Source: Pseudomonas aeruginosa
GTDB lineage: Bacteria; Pseudomonadota; Gammaproteobacteria; Pseudomonadales; Pseudomonadaceae
DNA: 32,000 nucleotides
Assembly (NCBI RefSeq): GCF_001457615.1
Contig: NZ_LN831024.1
Coordinates: 1,740,001 to 1,772,000, forward strand
Direction of reading: 5' to 3'
The notes under the pieces were generated by a model. It did not search any database and was not told the DNA's origin. It saw only the letters and a list, made by a program, of their open reading frames with translations. Of this stretch, positions 1-8,669 are shown piece by piece; position 1 is the first letter of the stretch; each line of letters opens with the position of its first letter. The position numbers and the translations under genes were made by a program.

Positions 1-1
1 C

Positions 2-880
2 TTCCATCAGTTCCAGTACTTCGGCCTGATCAGCCCGGAGCTGATCGGCGGCTGCGCCCTGGCCCAGCTGAGCTTGCTTGGCGTCGGCTTCGTCTACCTC
101 TACCAGCCTTCCAGCGGACGCATGCTGGAGCGGCGCTTCAAGCTGCCGCTGGGGTTCGGAACCCGGTTTTCCCAGACCCCGGACGACGGCGTCTGCGAAC
201 TGCGCCAGGGGCGCAACCTGCTACGCCTGGAGAACCGTATGGCTCACCGGGAGAAACGCCTGCTGGTGGAACTCGACGATGGCACCCGCATCGACGCCTG
301 CTTCAGCGAGGAGGCGCCGAGCTTCCAGCCGATGTGCCTATGTACGCCGACCGCGGTGAACGGCTGGGTCTACGCGCAGAAGGTGGCCGGCGTGCGCTGT
401 CGCGGCGACGTGCGCAGCGCCCTCGGCGACCACGACCTGCAGGCGCTGGACGCCTTCGCCCATCACGACTGGTCGGCGGGCTACATGCGCCCGGAAACCT
501 TCTGGAACTGGGCTTGCCTGTCCGGCGAGGCGGACGGCTTGCGGGTCGGCCTGAACCTGTCGTGCGGAGTCAACGAGACCAGCTTCACCGAGAACTGCTA
601 CTGGCTGGACGGCGAACTGCTGAAGGTCGACAGCGTGCGCTTCGACTTCGACCGCGACCAGCCGCTGCGGCCCTGGACCATCCGTTCATACGATGGCCAG
701 GTGGAGCTGCGCTTCGAGGCTCACGGCATGCATCAGGAGCGGCTGAACCTCGGTCTGCTGGCGAGCAACTTCAAGCAGATATTCGGTTGTTTCAGCGGTG
801 TGCTGCGTCCGCGAGGTCGTGCCGAGGTGAGGATCGAGCGGCTCTGGGGCTTCGTCGAGGACCAGTACGCGAAGTGGTAG
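2..880 (+). CDS. Conserved hypothetical protein, 5'-truncated by the window edge (PA3342 by position)
   Basis: Frame 2 is open from nt 2 (FHQFQYFGLISPELIGG...) to TAG 878-880. The TTG at 74 in the ORF track is only the first in-window start codon, so the gene starts upstream of the window. I cannot assign a family motif with confidence. Confidence 0.6.
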   Translation, partial: FHQFQYFGLISPELIGGCALAQLSLLGVGFVYLYQPSSGRMLERRFKLPLGFGTRFSQTPDDGVCELRQGRNLLRLENRMAHREKRLLVELDDGTRIDACFSEEAPSFQPMCLCTPTAVNGWVYAQKVAGVRCRGDVRSALGDHDLQALDAFAHHDWSAGYMRPETFWNWACLSGEADGLRVGLNLSCGVNETSFTENCYWLDGELLKVDSVRFDFDRDQPLRPWTIRSYDGQVELRFEAHGMHQERLNLGLLASNFKQIFGCFSGVLRPRGRAEVRIERLWGFVEDQYAKW

Positions 881-944
881 ACAGGGCCTGGCCTGGGCAT
901 ATCGTGCGACAATTTGTCATTGTACGGGGGGGAATTGGACGGGC

Positions 945-969
945 ATTATTAGCCGACTAATAATTAGTC
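945..969. promoter_or_regulatory. Overlapping AT-rich palindromes; candidate MarR operator
   Basis: ATTATTAG-ccga-CTAATAAT (945-964) overlaps the perfect 7-1-7 palindrome GACTAAT-A-ATTAGTC (955-969). The site is 29-53 bp upstream of the marR-family ATG. Confidence 0.5.
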
Positions 970-997
970 AAATGAAATATCGGACCTCCTTTTTCCT

Positions 998-1432
998 ATG
1001 GCTCAGACAGACAAGCACTATTTCGGCACCTTGCTAGCCCAGACTTCCCGTGCTTGGCGCGCTGAACTCGACCGCCGCCTCAGTCACCTCGGCCTGTCCC
1101 AGGCGCGCTGGTTGGTGTTGTTGCATCTGGCGCGCCATCGCGATTCGCCCACCCAGCGCGAGTTGGCCCAATCGGTCGGGGTCGAAGGCCCGACCCTGGC
1201 GCGGCTGCTCGACGGCCTCGAGTCCCAGGGCCTGGTACGGCGCCTGGCGGTGGCGGAGGACCGGCGGGCCAAGCACATCGTGCTGACTCCCAAGGCCGAT
1301 GTGCTGATCGCCGATATCGAGGCCATCGCCGCCAGCGTTCGCAACGACGTACTGACCGGCATCGACGAGTCCGAGCAGGCGCTGTGCCAGCAGGTGCTCT
1401 TGCGAATCCTGGCGAACCTGGAAAAGCGCTGA
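998..1432 (+). CDS. MarR-family transcriptional regulator (144 aa)
   Basis: Size and winged-HTH pattern are typical of MarR (LGLSQARWLVLLHL...SPTQRELAQSVGVEGPTLARLLDGLESQGLVRR...DRRAKHIVLT). Overlapping AT-rich palindromes lie 29-53 bp upstream. Confidence 0.9.
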   Translation: MAQTDKHYFGTLLAQTSRAWRAELDRRLSHLGLSQARWLVLLHLARHRDSPTQRELAQSVGVEGPTLARLLDGLESQGLVRRLAVAEDRRAKHIVLTPKADVLIADIEAIAASVRNDVLTGIDESEQALCQQVLLRILANLEKR

Positions 1433-1485
1433 GCACTGCGTCACGAAATTCCGCTAGAATCGCCATTTTTATGGCATCACCTCCT

Positions 1486-1505
1486 GGGCTTTCGTCCGAA
1501 AGCCC
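1486..1505 (+). terminator. GC-rich hairpin downstream of the MarR-family gene
   Basis: GGGCTTTCG-tc-CGAAAGCCC is a perfect inverted repeat 54 nt after the stop codon. There is no clean U-tract, so function as an intrinsic terminator is uncertain. Confidence 0.4.
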
Positions 1506-1515
1506 TCTACAGAGG

Positions 1516-1539
1516 TTTTCGTCGGTTTTCTGACGAAAA
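1516..1539. terminator. Second hairpin, T/A-flanked
   Basis: TTTTCGTC-ggttttct-GACGAAAA has an 8-bp stem. The T-run and A-run arms allow it to act on either strand. Confidence 0.35.
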
Positions 1540-1708
1540 ATCTTGACCGTTTCCACGGCATTCCTCTATTCAGTGATGGCAAAAAGCCATGTCTTGCGCC
1601 ATGTGGTGCGTTCAGCCCTGTACGGGGCGAAATTCGGGCTAACGTGAAATAGATGTAGCAGTCGACCGCTGGCCGGCTGTGTGCTCGAAGTGCGGAGAAA
1701 AGAACGGA

Positions 1709-3760
1709 ATGCCCGGTAAAGCCTTGCGTGTCATGTTGTGTGCCTGGTCGTGCCTGTTGGCCGGGCAGGCGAGCGCCCTGGGAGTGGGAGACATCACCCT
1801 GCATTCGGCGCTCAACCAGCCGCTGGATGCGGATATCGAACTGCTCGACGTCGGCGATCTCGGCGCGGACGAGATCGAGGTCCGCCTGGCGGGCGCCGAC
1901 GTCTTCGCCGCGGCCGGGGTGGAACGCTTGCAGTTCCTCAACGAGCTGCGTTTCAGTCCGGTGCTCCAGGGGCGCGGTGGCAATCGCATCCATGTGTCCT
2001 CGATCCGACCGGTGCAGGAGCCCTACCTGAATTTCCTGGTGGAGGTGGCCCGCCCCAACGGCCGCATCGTCCGCGAATTCACCGTACTGCTCGATCCGCT
2101 CGGTTATACGCCGCGCATGCTTCCGGCCGCGCGCAGCGGGATCGAGCCGCAGCGGCAATCCTCGACGCCGGCGCCCGCGCCGCGTAGTGCCGCGGCCGTC
2201 GTAGACCCGGCACTGCTGGAGCCGGGCGACGAATACCTGGCTCGCCCCAACGACAACCTCTGGGCCATCAGCGGACGCCTGCGTGGTGCCGGCAACGCCG
2301 ATCGCGCGCAACTCATGGAGGCTCTGTACCAGCTCAATCCGCAGGCCTTCGTCAATGCCGACCGGCACCGGCTCAAGGCCGGCGCGCGCCTGCGCCTGCC
2401 GGCCGGCTACCAGCCGGAGCGAGGCGCGCCCGGCGCCGTGAAGGAGGCGGCCGTGGAAGTCCTGCCGCCAGCCGATGCCGCCGTGGTGGAAAACGCTCCG
2501 GCGGCTCTCGTCGAGGCGCAGCGCCAGGCGGATGCCGAGGCCGAGGCGTTGGCCCGGCAACGGGAGGAACTGAGCCAGCGGATGGACGATCTGCAACGCC
2601 AGTTGCAGGCCTTGCAGGAACAACTGCAGCAGCGCGATCGCCAGGTCGCCGAACTGCAACAGCAACTGGCCCGGCGCCAGGCGGTGCGGCCCGCGGCGCC
2701 GCCGCCCGCCGCGGCCGCGCCTTCGGTTGCGCAACCGGTTGAAACGCCGACGGACTCGCAGTACTGGCGCTGGATGATCGTCCTGCTGCTGGTCCTCGCT
2801 CTGCTCGGCGTGTTGCTGTTGCGTCGCCGCCGCGAAGAGGCTCCTGTCCCGGCGGTCGAACCGAAGCGCCGGGTCGCCCTGAACCTGCCGCTGCGGCGTG
2901 CGCCGCGCCCCCCGGCGGCCGCACCGGCGCCGGCAAAGGTCGAGGAACAGGCCAGGCCGCCGGTCGCCGCTCCCTCCAGCCCGCCGCCGTCTCCTCCGCC
3001 TGCTCCGGCCGCCGCTCCGCGCGCCGCCATGGCTGCGGCGGACAAGCTGGACGGCGCCGACATCTATATCGCCTACGGTCGCTACGGACAGGCCCGCGAC
3101 CTGCTGCGTCAGGTACTCGCCGAGCAGCCGCAGCGCCTGAGCGCGCGGATGAAGCTGTTGCTGGTGCTGGCTGAGCTGGGCGATGCGGCCGGCTTCGACG
3201 CGCTGGCCGAGGAAACCCTGGCCAGTGGCGGCAACCCGGAGGCCATCGACGAGTTGCGCGGACGCTACCCGGCGCTGCTACAGATGCCGGCGACCGAGAC
3301 GCCGGCGGCAACAACCAAGGACGACGACTGGAGCGACCTGCCGCTGGCCGAGCCGCCCGTTTTGCAGCAACCGGATGCGACCTCGGGCGCCGACGGCTTC
3401 GGCGACCTCAACCTCGATCTCGATCTCGACTGGGGCGCCCTGGAGAATCCCCTGGACAACCCCGACCTGCCGCGCCGCGCCGCTGCCGGCAAGGCGGAAC
3501 CGGCGGAGGAGGAGCCCCTGGCGTTCGAGAGCAATCTCCATGAACTGCCGGATGTCGCCGAGTACGAACACCTCGAACTCGACCAGCCAGAGCCGGCCAC
3601 GGTGCCGCCGGAGGAGGCTTCGGCCAGCCTGGACCGGGCCCGCGCCTGCATCGACAGCGGCGATCTCGACCAGGCCAGCCGCATCCTGCGCCTGGTGGTG
3701 GCGCACGGCGACCCGTGGCAGAAGGCCGAGGCGCGCGAGTTGCTGGCGCTGATCGCCTGA
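1709..3760 (+). CDS. FimV-like peptidoglycan-binding membrane protein (FimV paralogue, PA3340 by position)
   Basis: Features in order:
- Signal peptide MPGKALRVMLCAWSCLLAGQASA|LG.
- FimV-type N-terminal region (GDITLHSALNQPLDADIELL).
- LysM-like segment (YLARPNDNLWAISGRL...LNPQAF...LKAGARLRLP).
- Q/R/E-rich coiled coil (LQRQLQALQEQLQQRDRQVAELQQQL).
- One TM helix (WRWMIVLLLVLALLGVLLL followed by RRRR).
- P/A-rich linker.
- TPR-like segment (ADIYIAYGRYGQARDLLRQVL).
- Acidic tract.
- FimV C-terminal-type motif (LDRARACIDSGDLDQASRILRLVVAHGD).
I prefer ATG 1709 (GGAG 12 nt upstream) over the GTG at 1679 given in the ORF track. Confidence 0.85.
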   Translation: MPGKALRVMLCAWSCLLAGQASALGVGDITLHSALNQPLDADIELLDVGDLGADEIEVRLAGADVFAAAGVERLQFLNELRFSPVLQGRGGNRIHVSSIRPVQEPYLNFLVEVARPNGRIVREFTVLLDPLGYTPRMLPAARSGIEPQRQSSTPAPAPRSAAAVVDPALLEPGDEYLARPNDNLWAISGRLRGAGNADRAQLMEALYQLNPQAFVNADRHRLKAGARLRLPAGYQPERGAPGAVKEAAVEVLPPADAAVVENAPAALVEAQRQADAEAEALARQREELSQRMDDLQRQLQALQEQLQQRDRQVAELQQQLARRQAVRPAAPPPAAAAPSVAQPVETPTDSQYWRWMIVLLLVLALLGVLLLRRRREEAPVPAVEPKRRVALNLPLRRAPRPPAAAPAPAKVEEQARPPVAAPSSPPPSPPPAPAAAPRAAMAAADKLDGADIYIAYGRYGQARDLLRQVLAEQPQRLSARMKLLLVLAELGDAAGFDALAEETLASGGNPEAIDELRGRYPALLQMPATETPAATTKDDDWSDLPLAEPPVLQQPDATSGADGFGDLNLDLDLDWGALENPLDNPDLPRRAAAGKAEPAEEEPLAFESNLHELPDVAEYEHLELDQPEPATVPPEEASASLDRARACIDSGDLDQASRILRLVVAHGDPWQKAEARELLALIA

Positions 3761-3767
3761 ACTCCGC

Positions 3768-5954
3768 TCAGAAGTTCTGCCCGAGGTTCAGGTAGAACGC
3801 CTTGAAGTTCTCGTCGTTGATCCCGTAGCTGAAGGTCAGCGGCCCCAGCGGCGTATCGAAGCCGATCATCAGGCTGGCGGCGTTGATGTAGCCGCTGTCG
3901 TATTCGTTGTCGTTGTTCCAGATGCGTCCGCGCTCGATGCTGCCGCCCAGGTACAGCGGGAAGTCCAGCGGCAGGAAGGAACGTTCGGTGAGGCGCCGGT
4001 AATAGACGATCCGTCCCAGGCTGTAGTTCTGCCCGGACAGCGCGTCGCGGCGGAAGCCCGACAGCTCGCGGGCGCCGCCGAGGGTGAAGCTGGAGGTGAC
4101 CACCTCGGCGTCGTCCAGGGTGCGCCCGTAGCCGCCGCCGAACACCCAGGTGTCGGCGCCGAAGCTGAGCGCCTTGTTCAGCCGCAGGTCCCACTGCCGG
4201 TAGCTGTCGTCCGAGCCGAGGGACTTGTCGTAGCGGCGCATGGTCAGGCCGATCTCCTCGCCCTCGTGGGGGAAATTGACGTCGTCGACGGTATCGAACG
4301 AGTACTTCAGTTCGTAGTAGCCCTCGGTGAAGTCGATGTCCGGCAGGCTCGGGTCGCCGATGCGCACGTCGGCCTTGCCGTAGGCCTGCACCGCGCCCAG
4401 GCGGATTTCGCCGTTGTTGGCGATCTGCCGGCCGACGTTGAGGCCGTAGCCGTAGCGCTCCAGGCGATAGCGCAGCAGCGGGTCGTTGTCCTCGGTGACG
4501 TCGACGTTCTGTGCCTCGTGGAACAGGAAGGGCGCGACGAAGTAGCGCGAGCCGACGTCGAGCGGCTGGTAGAACTCGCTGTAGAGTTCCTGGCGGTCGC
4601 CGAGCTGGACCCGGGTCAGCCACTCGGCGCCGAGCCGGTTGAGGCCGTTCATGCGGTAGCTGCCGCCGAGGTTGAAGGTGCTTTCGCCGCGCATGTCGTC
4701 GGACAGGTTGAGGCCCAGGCGAAGGAAGTCGGTGCCGCCTTTCTTGCCGGTGGCGTGGATCACCAGGGTGTTGAGCTTCTTCTCCTTGACCACCCGGTAC
4801 TGCACCTGGTCGAAGTAGTCGAGGCCGTAGAGGGTGCTCATGTCGTCCTGCAGGCGGCCGAGGTCGAGGCGCGTGCCGAGCGGCTGGCGGATGTAGTGGC
4901 GGATCACCTCGTCGCTGACCTTCGAGTTGTTCTCCACGCGGATCGCGTCGATCACCGGCTTGCGCTGGTTCGGCGTGCGCGCCACGTCGAGCGCTTCGCT
5001 GTTGAGGTCCTTCGGCTTGCGCAACTCGGCGAGGCGCGCGGCGAGCACCGTGGTGGCGCGGTAGCCGGCGTCGATCAGTTGCGGCACGCGGCCGAAGTCG
5101 GTGGTGCCGTAGCCGGACAGCGGCGGCTGGATCAGCACGTCGCCGGGCTTGAGCGTGGCCAGCTGGGCTTCGGAGTTCTTCCGGGTCATCAGGGTGATCG
5201 ACTGGTTCATCACGTCGAGCACGGTGCTCAGGTCCTTGCGGTCGCGCAGCGGGTTGCCGATGTCGACCACGATCACCACGTCCACGCCCATGTCGCGCGC
5301 CACGTCCACCGGGATGTTGTCGACCATGCCACCATCCACCAGCAGCCTGCCGTCGATCTCCACCGGGGCGAACACGGCGGGGATCGACATGCTGGCGCGG
5401 ATCGCCTGGGGCAGGTGGCCCTTGCGGAACACCACTTTCTCGCCGGTTGCGATATCGGTGGAGACGGCGCGGAAGGGGATCGCCAGCTTGTCGAAGTCGC
5501 GGTTGTCGCTGGTGTGCACCAGCAGGCTTTCCAGCACCATCGCCAGGTTCTGGCCCTGGATCACCCCCAGCGGCAGGCCGAGGGTGCCGTCGTCGCGGAA
5601 GCTGATCTTCTGCTTGACCAGGAAGTCGCGGTCGTCCTGCTTGCGCCGGAACGGCACGTCCTTGCGCGGCGGCGCGTCGGACAGCGCCTGCTGCCAGTCC
5701 ATCTCCAGGGCGATGCGCTCCAGTTCGGCGGGGGTGTAGCCGGAGGCGTACAGGCCGCCGACCACCGCGCCCATGCTGGTGCCGGCGATGGCGTCGATCT
5801 GGATGCCCTGTTCGTCGAGGGCCTTGAGCACGCCGATATGGGCCAGGCCGCGGGCGGCACCGCCGGAGAGGACCAGACCGATCTTCGGCCGGGCCTCCGC
5901 GGCGAGGGCGGACAGGGGAAGCAGGAGCAGCAGTACGAGCAGCAGGCGGCGCAT
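3768..5954 (-). CDS. plpD: Patatin-like phospholipase autotransporter PlpD (type Vd secretion), 728 aa
   Basis: Signal peptide MRRLLLVLLLLLPLSALA. Patatin motifs are SGGAARG (oxyanion), GTSMG (GxSxG serine) and DGG (Asp). These are followed by a POTRA-like region and a C-terminal beta-barrel ending ...FYLNLGQNF. The sequence and the 728-aa length match my recollection of PlpD (PA3339). Confidence 0.95.
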   Translation of the reverse strand: MRRLLLVLLLLLPLSALAAEARPKIGLVLSGGAARGLAHIGVLKALDEQGIQIDAIAGTSMGAVVGGLYASGYTPAELERIALEMDWQQALSDAPPRKDVPFRRKQDDRDFLVKQKISFRDDGTLGLPLGVIQGQNLAMVLESLLVHTSDNRDFDKLAIPFRAVSTDIATGEKVVFRKGHLPQAIRASMSIPAVFAPVEIDGRLLVDGGMVDNIPVDVARDMGVDVVIVVDIGNPLRDRKDLSTVLDVMNQSITLMTRKNSEAQLATLKPGDVLIQPPLSGYGTTDFGRVPQLIDAGYRATTVLAARLAELRKPKDLNSEALDVARTPNQRKPVIDAIRVENNSKVSDEVIRHYIRQPLGTRLDLGRLQDDMSTLYGLDYFDQVQYRVVKEKKLNTLVIHATGKKGGTDFLRLGLNLSDDMRGESTFNLGGSYRMNGLNRLGAEWLTRVQLGDRQELYSEFYQPLDVGSRYFVAPFLFHEAQNVDVTEDNDPLLRYRLERYGYGLNVGRQIANNGEIRLGAVQAYGKADVRIGDPSLPDIDFTEGYYELKYSFDTVDDVNFPHEGEEIGLTMRRYDKSLGSDDSYRQWDLRLNKALSFGADTWVFGGGYGRTLDDAEVVTSSFTLGGARELSGFRRDALSGQNYSLGRIVYYRRLTERSFLPLDFPLYLGGSIERGRIWNNDNEYDSGYINAASLMIGFDTPLGPLTFSYGINDENFKAFYLNLGQNF

Positions 5955-6022
5955 GAGAACGATCCGGAGCCGGGTGAAAAGGCGGCTATTATAGGCGCGA
6001 CCGTTTCCCCTGAGCCGCCGAC

Positions 6023-6313
6023 ATGCCCACCGCCAAGCCCGAAATCGTCATCACCTATTGCACCCAGTGCCAGTGGCTGCTGCGTGCCGCCTGGCTGGCC
6101 CAGGAACTGCTCAGCACCTTCGCCGACGATCTCGGAAAAGTCTGCCTGGAGCCCGGAACCGGTGGCGTCTTCCGCATCACCTGCGACGGCGTGCAGGTCT
6201 GGGAGCGCAAGGCCGACGGCGGCTTCCCCGAGGCCAAGGCGCTCAAGCAGCGGGTTCGTGACCGCATCGACCCGCAACGCGACCTCGGTCACAACGATCG
6301 TCCTTCCCGCTGA
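6023..6313 (+). CDS. Rdx/SelW-SelT-SelH-like small thioredoxin-fold protein with CxxC motif (96 aa)
   Basis: The N-terminal beta-strand plus CxxC ([24 protein letters not shown]) is the signature of the Rdx family. The gene is divergent from plpD with a 68-bp spacer. Confidence 0.75.
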   Translation: MPTAKPEIVITYCTQCQWLLRAAWLAQELLSTFADDLGKVCLEPGTGGVFRITCDGVQVWERKADGGFPEAKALKQRVRDRIDPQRDLGHNDRPSR

Positions 6314-6408
6314 ACCGCTGCCGTCCGCCCATGGCTTGTTGCAGGTCAACGGGCGGCACGGCGCATAGGCATAGCCTGGGGGCATTCATCCTGTCGAAGG
6401 GAGTGCCC

Positions 6409-7401
6409 ATGAGCATCATCGTCACCGGCGCCGCCGGCTTCATCGGCAGCAATCTGCTGCAGGCGCTGAACCGGCGCGGCGAGACCGACATCATCGCGGT
6501 GGACGATCTCACCGACGGCGAGCAGTTCCGCAACCTGGCGGACGCCGATATCGCCGACTACCTGGACCAGAACGACTTCCTCGAGCGTTACGCCCGCGGC
6601 GACTTCGGCACGGTCCGCGCGCTGTTCCACCAGGGCGCCTGCGCCAGCACCCTGGAAAGCAATGGCCGCTACATGATGGAGAACAACTACCGCTACAGTT
6701 GCCGCCTGCTGGAAAGCAGCCTGGAACTCGGCGTGCCGTTCCTCTACGCCTCGTCGGCGGCGGTCTACGGCGCCGGCCGGACCTTCCGCGAGGCGCGCCA
6801 GTACGAGCGGCCGCTGAACGTCTACGGCTATTCCAAGTTCCTCTTCGACCAGCGTGTGCGGCGGGCGCTGCCGCAGGCGCGCAGCCAGGTGATCGGCCTG
6901 CGTTACTTCAACGTCTACGGGCCGCGCGAGGAACACAAGGGGCGGATGGCCTCGGTGGCCTACCACTGCTACCAGCAATTGCGCCGCGACGGGCGGGTCG
7001 AACTGTTCGGCGAACACGGCGGCTTCCCGCCCGGCGGCCACCTGCGCGACTTCGTCGCGGTGGAGGACGTGGCGCGGGTAAACCTGCATTTCTTCGACCA
7101 TCCGCAGCGTTCGGGAATCTTCAACCTCGGCAGCGGCCAGGCACGGACCTTCAACGAGGTCGCCCTGGCGGTGATCAATAGCGTCCGCGCCAACGCCGAC
7201 CAGCCGCCCCTGTCGCTGCAACAGGCCGTGGAAAGCGGCCTGCTCGGCTACCGCGAGTTCCCCGAGTCGCTGCGGGCGCGCTACCAGAGCCATACCTGCG
7301 CCGACCTGGAGCTGCTGCGCGAGGCGGGCTACCGCGACGATTTCCAGAGCCTGGAAGAGGGCGTCGCCGGCTACTGCCGCTGGCTGGCGCGCAGCGCCTG
7401 A
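6409..7401 (+). CDS. rfaD: ADP-L-glycero-D-manno-heptose 6-epimerase
   Basis: [15 protein letters not shown]ossmann motif, YGYSK catalytic YxxxK, and extended-SDR epimerase architecture. Start moved from the ORF-track 6331 to ATG 6409, which has GAAGGGAG just upstream. Matches recalled RfaD/HldD (PA3337). Confidence 0.93.
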   Translation: MSIIVTGAAGFIGSNLLQALNRRGETDIIAVDDLTDGEQFRNLADADIADYLDQNDFLERYARGDFGTVRALFHQGACASTLESNGRYMMENNYRYSCRLLESSLELGVPFLYASSAAVYGAGRTFREARQYERPLNVYGYSKFLFDQRVRRALPQARSQVIGLRYFNVYGPREEHKGRMASVAYHCYQQLRRDGRVELFGEHGGFPPGGHLRDFVAVEDVARVNLHFFDHPQRSGIFNLGSGQARTFNEVALAVINSVRANADQPPLSLQQAVESGLLGYREFPESLRARYQSHTCADLELLREAGYRDDFQSLEEGVAGYCRWLARSA

Positions 7402-7411
7402 GGGATCCTGC

Positions 7412-8578
7412 TCAGCGGCCCAGTGCCCCGCCTACCGGGGCGCGGGCGAAGCGCAGCTCCGGCAGCAGGGTCAGCAGCGCCAGTACTCCGAGGGCCGCGC
7501 CGACCCAGAGCGCGCCCTGCAGGCCGAATCCGCCGGCGATGCCCAGGCCGCCGATCCAGGAACCGGCCATCACGCCGAGCATGATGCAGGCGGTGTGCAC
7601 CGAGTTGACCAGCATGTTGTTATGGCCGACCCGTGCGCCGCGGGTCACCAGCGCCGGGTTCATCGACACCCCGGTCAGGCCGATCACCACCAGCGCCGCC
7701 ACCGCCACCGCCGGAACCTGTCCGAACAGGGCGAAGGCCACCATCGCGGCGATGGCCGCCAGCAGGCCGAAGGCCAGGACCGCGATGGTATGGCGGTCGG
7801 CCAGGCGGCCGACGATGTTGTTGCCCACCAGCGTCGCCAGGCCGTAGACCACCAGCAGCAGCGGTACGGTCGAGGCGGAGAAGCCGCTGACCTCGGTGAG
7901 GATCGGCACGAAATAGGTGAAGCCGGCGAAGGTGGCGCCGATCAGCAGCAGGCTGGTGGCGTAGACCCACCATAGATGGGCGTTCCTGAACACCTTCAGT
8001 TCCTCGCGCAGCGAGCCGCTGCCCGCCGACCCCGGGATCGCCGGCATCAGCTGCAACACCAGCAGGCCGACCAGCACCGCCACCAGCGCCACCGCGAAGA
8101 AGCTCGCGCGCCAGCCGTACCATTCGCCCAGCCAGGTGGCGACGGGCAGGCCGAGCACGGTGCCGACCATCAGGCCACCGAGCACCAGCGACGACGCGCG
8201 GCCGAACTGGTTGCCTTCGACCAGTTCGGCGCAGGCGGTCAGCGCCACGCCGAAGAAGGCCGCGGCGGCGACCGCGGTGACCAGTCGCGCCGCGACCATC
8301 ACCGCATAGCCCGGCGCCAGGGCGCCGATGACCTGGCCGACCACGAACAGCGCGATCAGGCCGAGCAGGGCGTTCTTGCGCGGCACCCGGAGCAGGGCGG
8401 TGGTCAACAGCGGGCCGCCGACGGCCATCGCACCGGCGTAGAAGGTGACCAGGTAGCCGATCGCGGCGAAGGACACGCCGAATTCGGCGGCCAGCGCCGG
8501 CATCAGCCCGGCGACCATGTATTCGCTGGTGGTCAGGGCGAAGATCGCGGCACCGAGCACGTAGACAATCAAAGGCAT
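7412..8578 (-). CDS. MFS transporter (12-TMS, DHA1/sugar-efflux-like), probable exporter of the cluster product
   Basis: 388 aa and hydrophobic throughout, with an MFS-like loop motif (LLRVPRKNALLGL). GGGAG lies 9 nt upstream of the ATG. It is the last gene on the same strand as the NRPS operon. Confidence 0.9.
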   Translation of the reverse strand: MPLIVYVLGAAIFALTTSEYMVAGLMPALAAEFGVSFAAIGYLVTFYAGAMAVGGPLLTTALLRVPRKNALLGLIALFVVGQVIGALAPGYAVMVAARLVTAVAAAAFFGVALTACAELVEGNQFGRASSLVLGGLMVGTVLGLPVATWLGEWYGWRASFFAVALVAVLVGLLVLQLMPAIPGSAGSGSLREELKVFRNAHLWWVYATSLLLIGATFAGFTYFVPILTEVSGFSASTVPLLLVVYGLATLVGNNIVGRLADRHTIAVLAFGLLAAIAAMVAFALFGQVPAVAVAALVVIGLTGVSMNPALVTRGARVGHNNMLVNSVHTACIMLGVMAGSWIGGLGIAGGFGLQGALWVGAALGVLALLTLLPELRFARAPVGGALGR

Positions 8579-8617
8579 GTTTCCAGCTCCCGAGCGGTTC
8601 AGACGACGATGAAGCGA

Positions 8618-8644
8618 GCCACGGCGACCTGCCCGTGCCGTGGC
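8618..8644 (-). promoter_or_regulatory. Hairpin in the azeJ-MFS intergenic gap
   Basis: GCCACGGC-N11-GCCGTGGC has an 8-bp GC-rich stem. It sits in the 91-nt gap between the azeJ stop (8670) and the MFS start (8578). It could be an attenuator or an RNA-processing site. Confidence 0.3.
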
Positions 8645-8669
8645 CGCGCGATGAATGCACGACGGCGAC

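Noticed and set aside
3413-3430. Short tandem repeat (CTCGAT)x2-3
   Set aside because: It simply encodes the LDLDLD part of the acidic tract of the FimV-like protein. It is too short to be a meaningful repeat element.
1469-4623. Minus-strand ORFs of 421, 313, 218 and 452 aa opposite the FimV-like gene and the plpD 3' region
   Set aside because: These are Arg/Pro/Ala-rich shadow frames that overlap well-supported genes.
4266-6368. 700-aa plus-strand ORF antisense to plpD that runs through the plpD/Rdx promoter
   Set aside because: Shadow ORF. It crosses a promoter region and another gene, has no start context and no motifs, and plpD on the other strand is clearly real.
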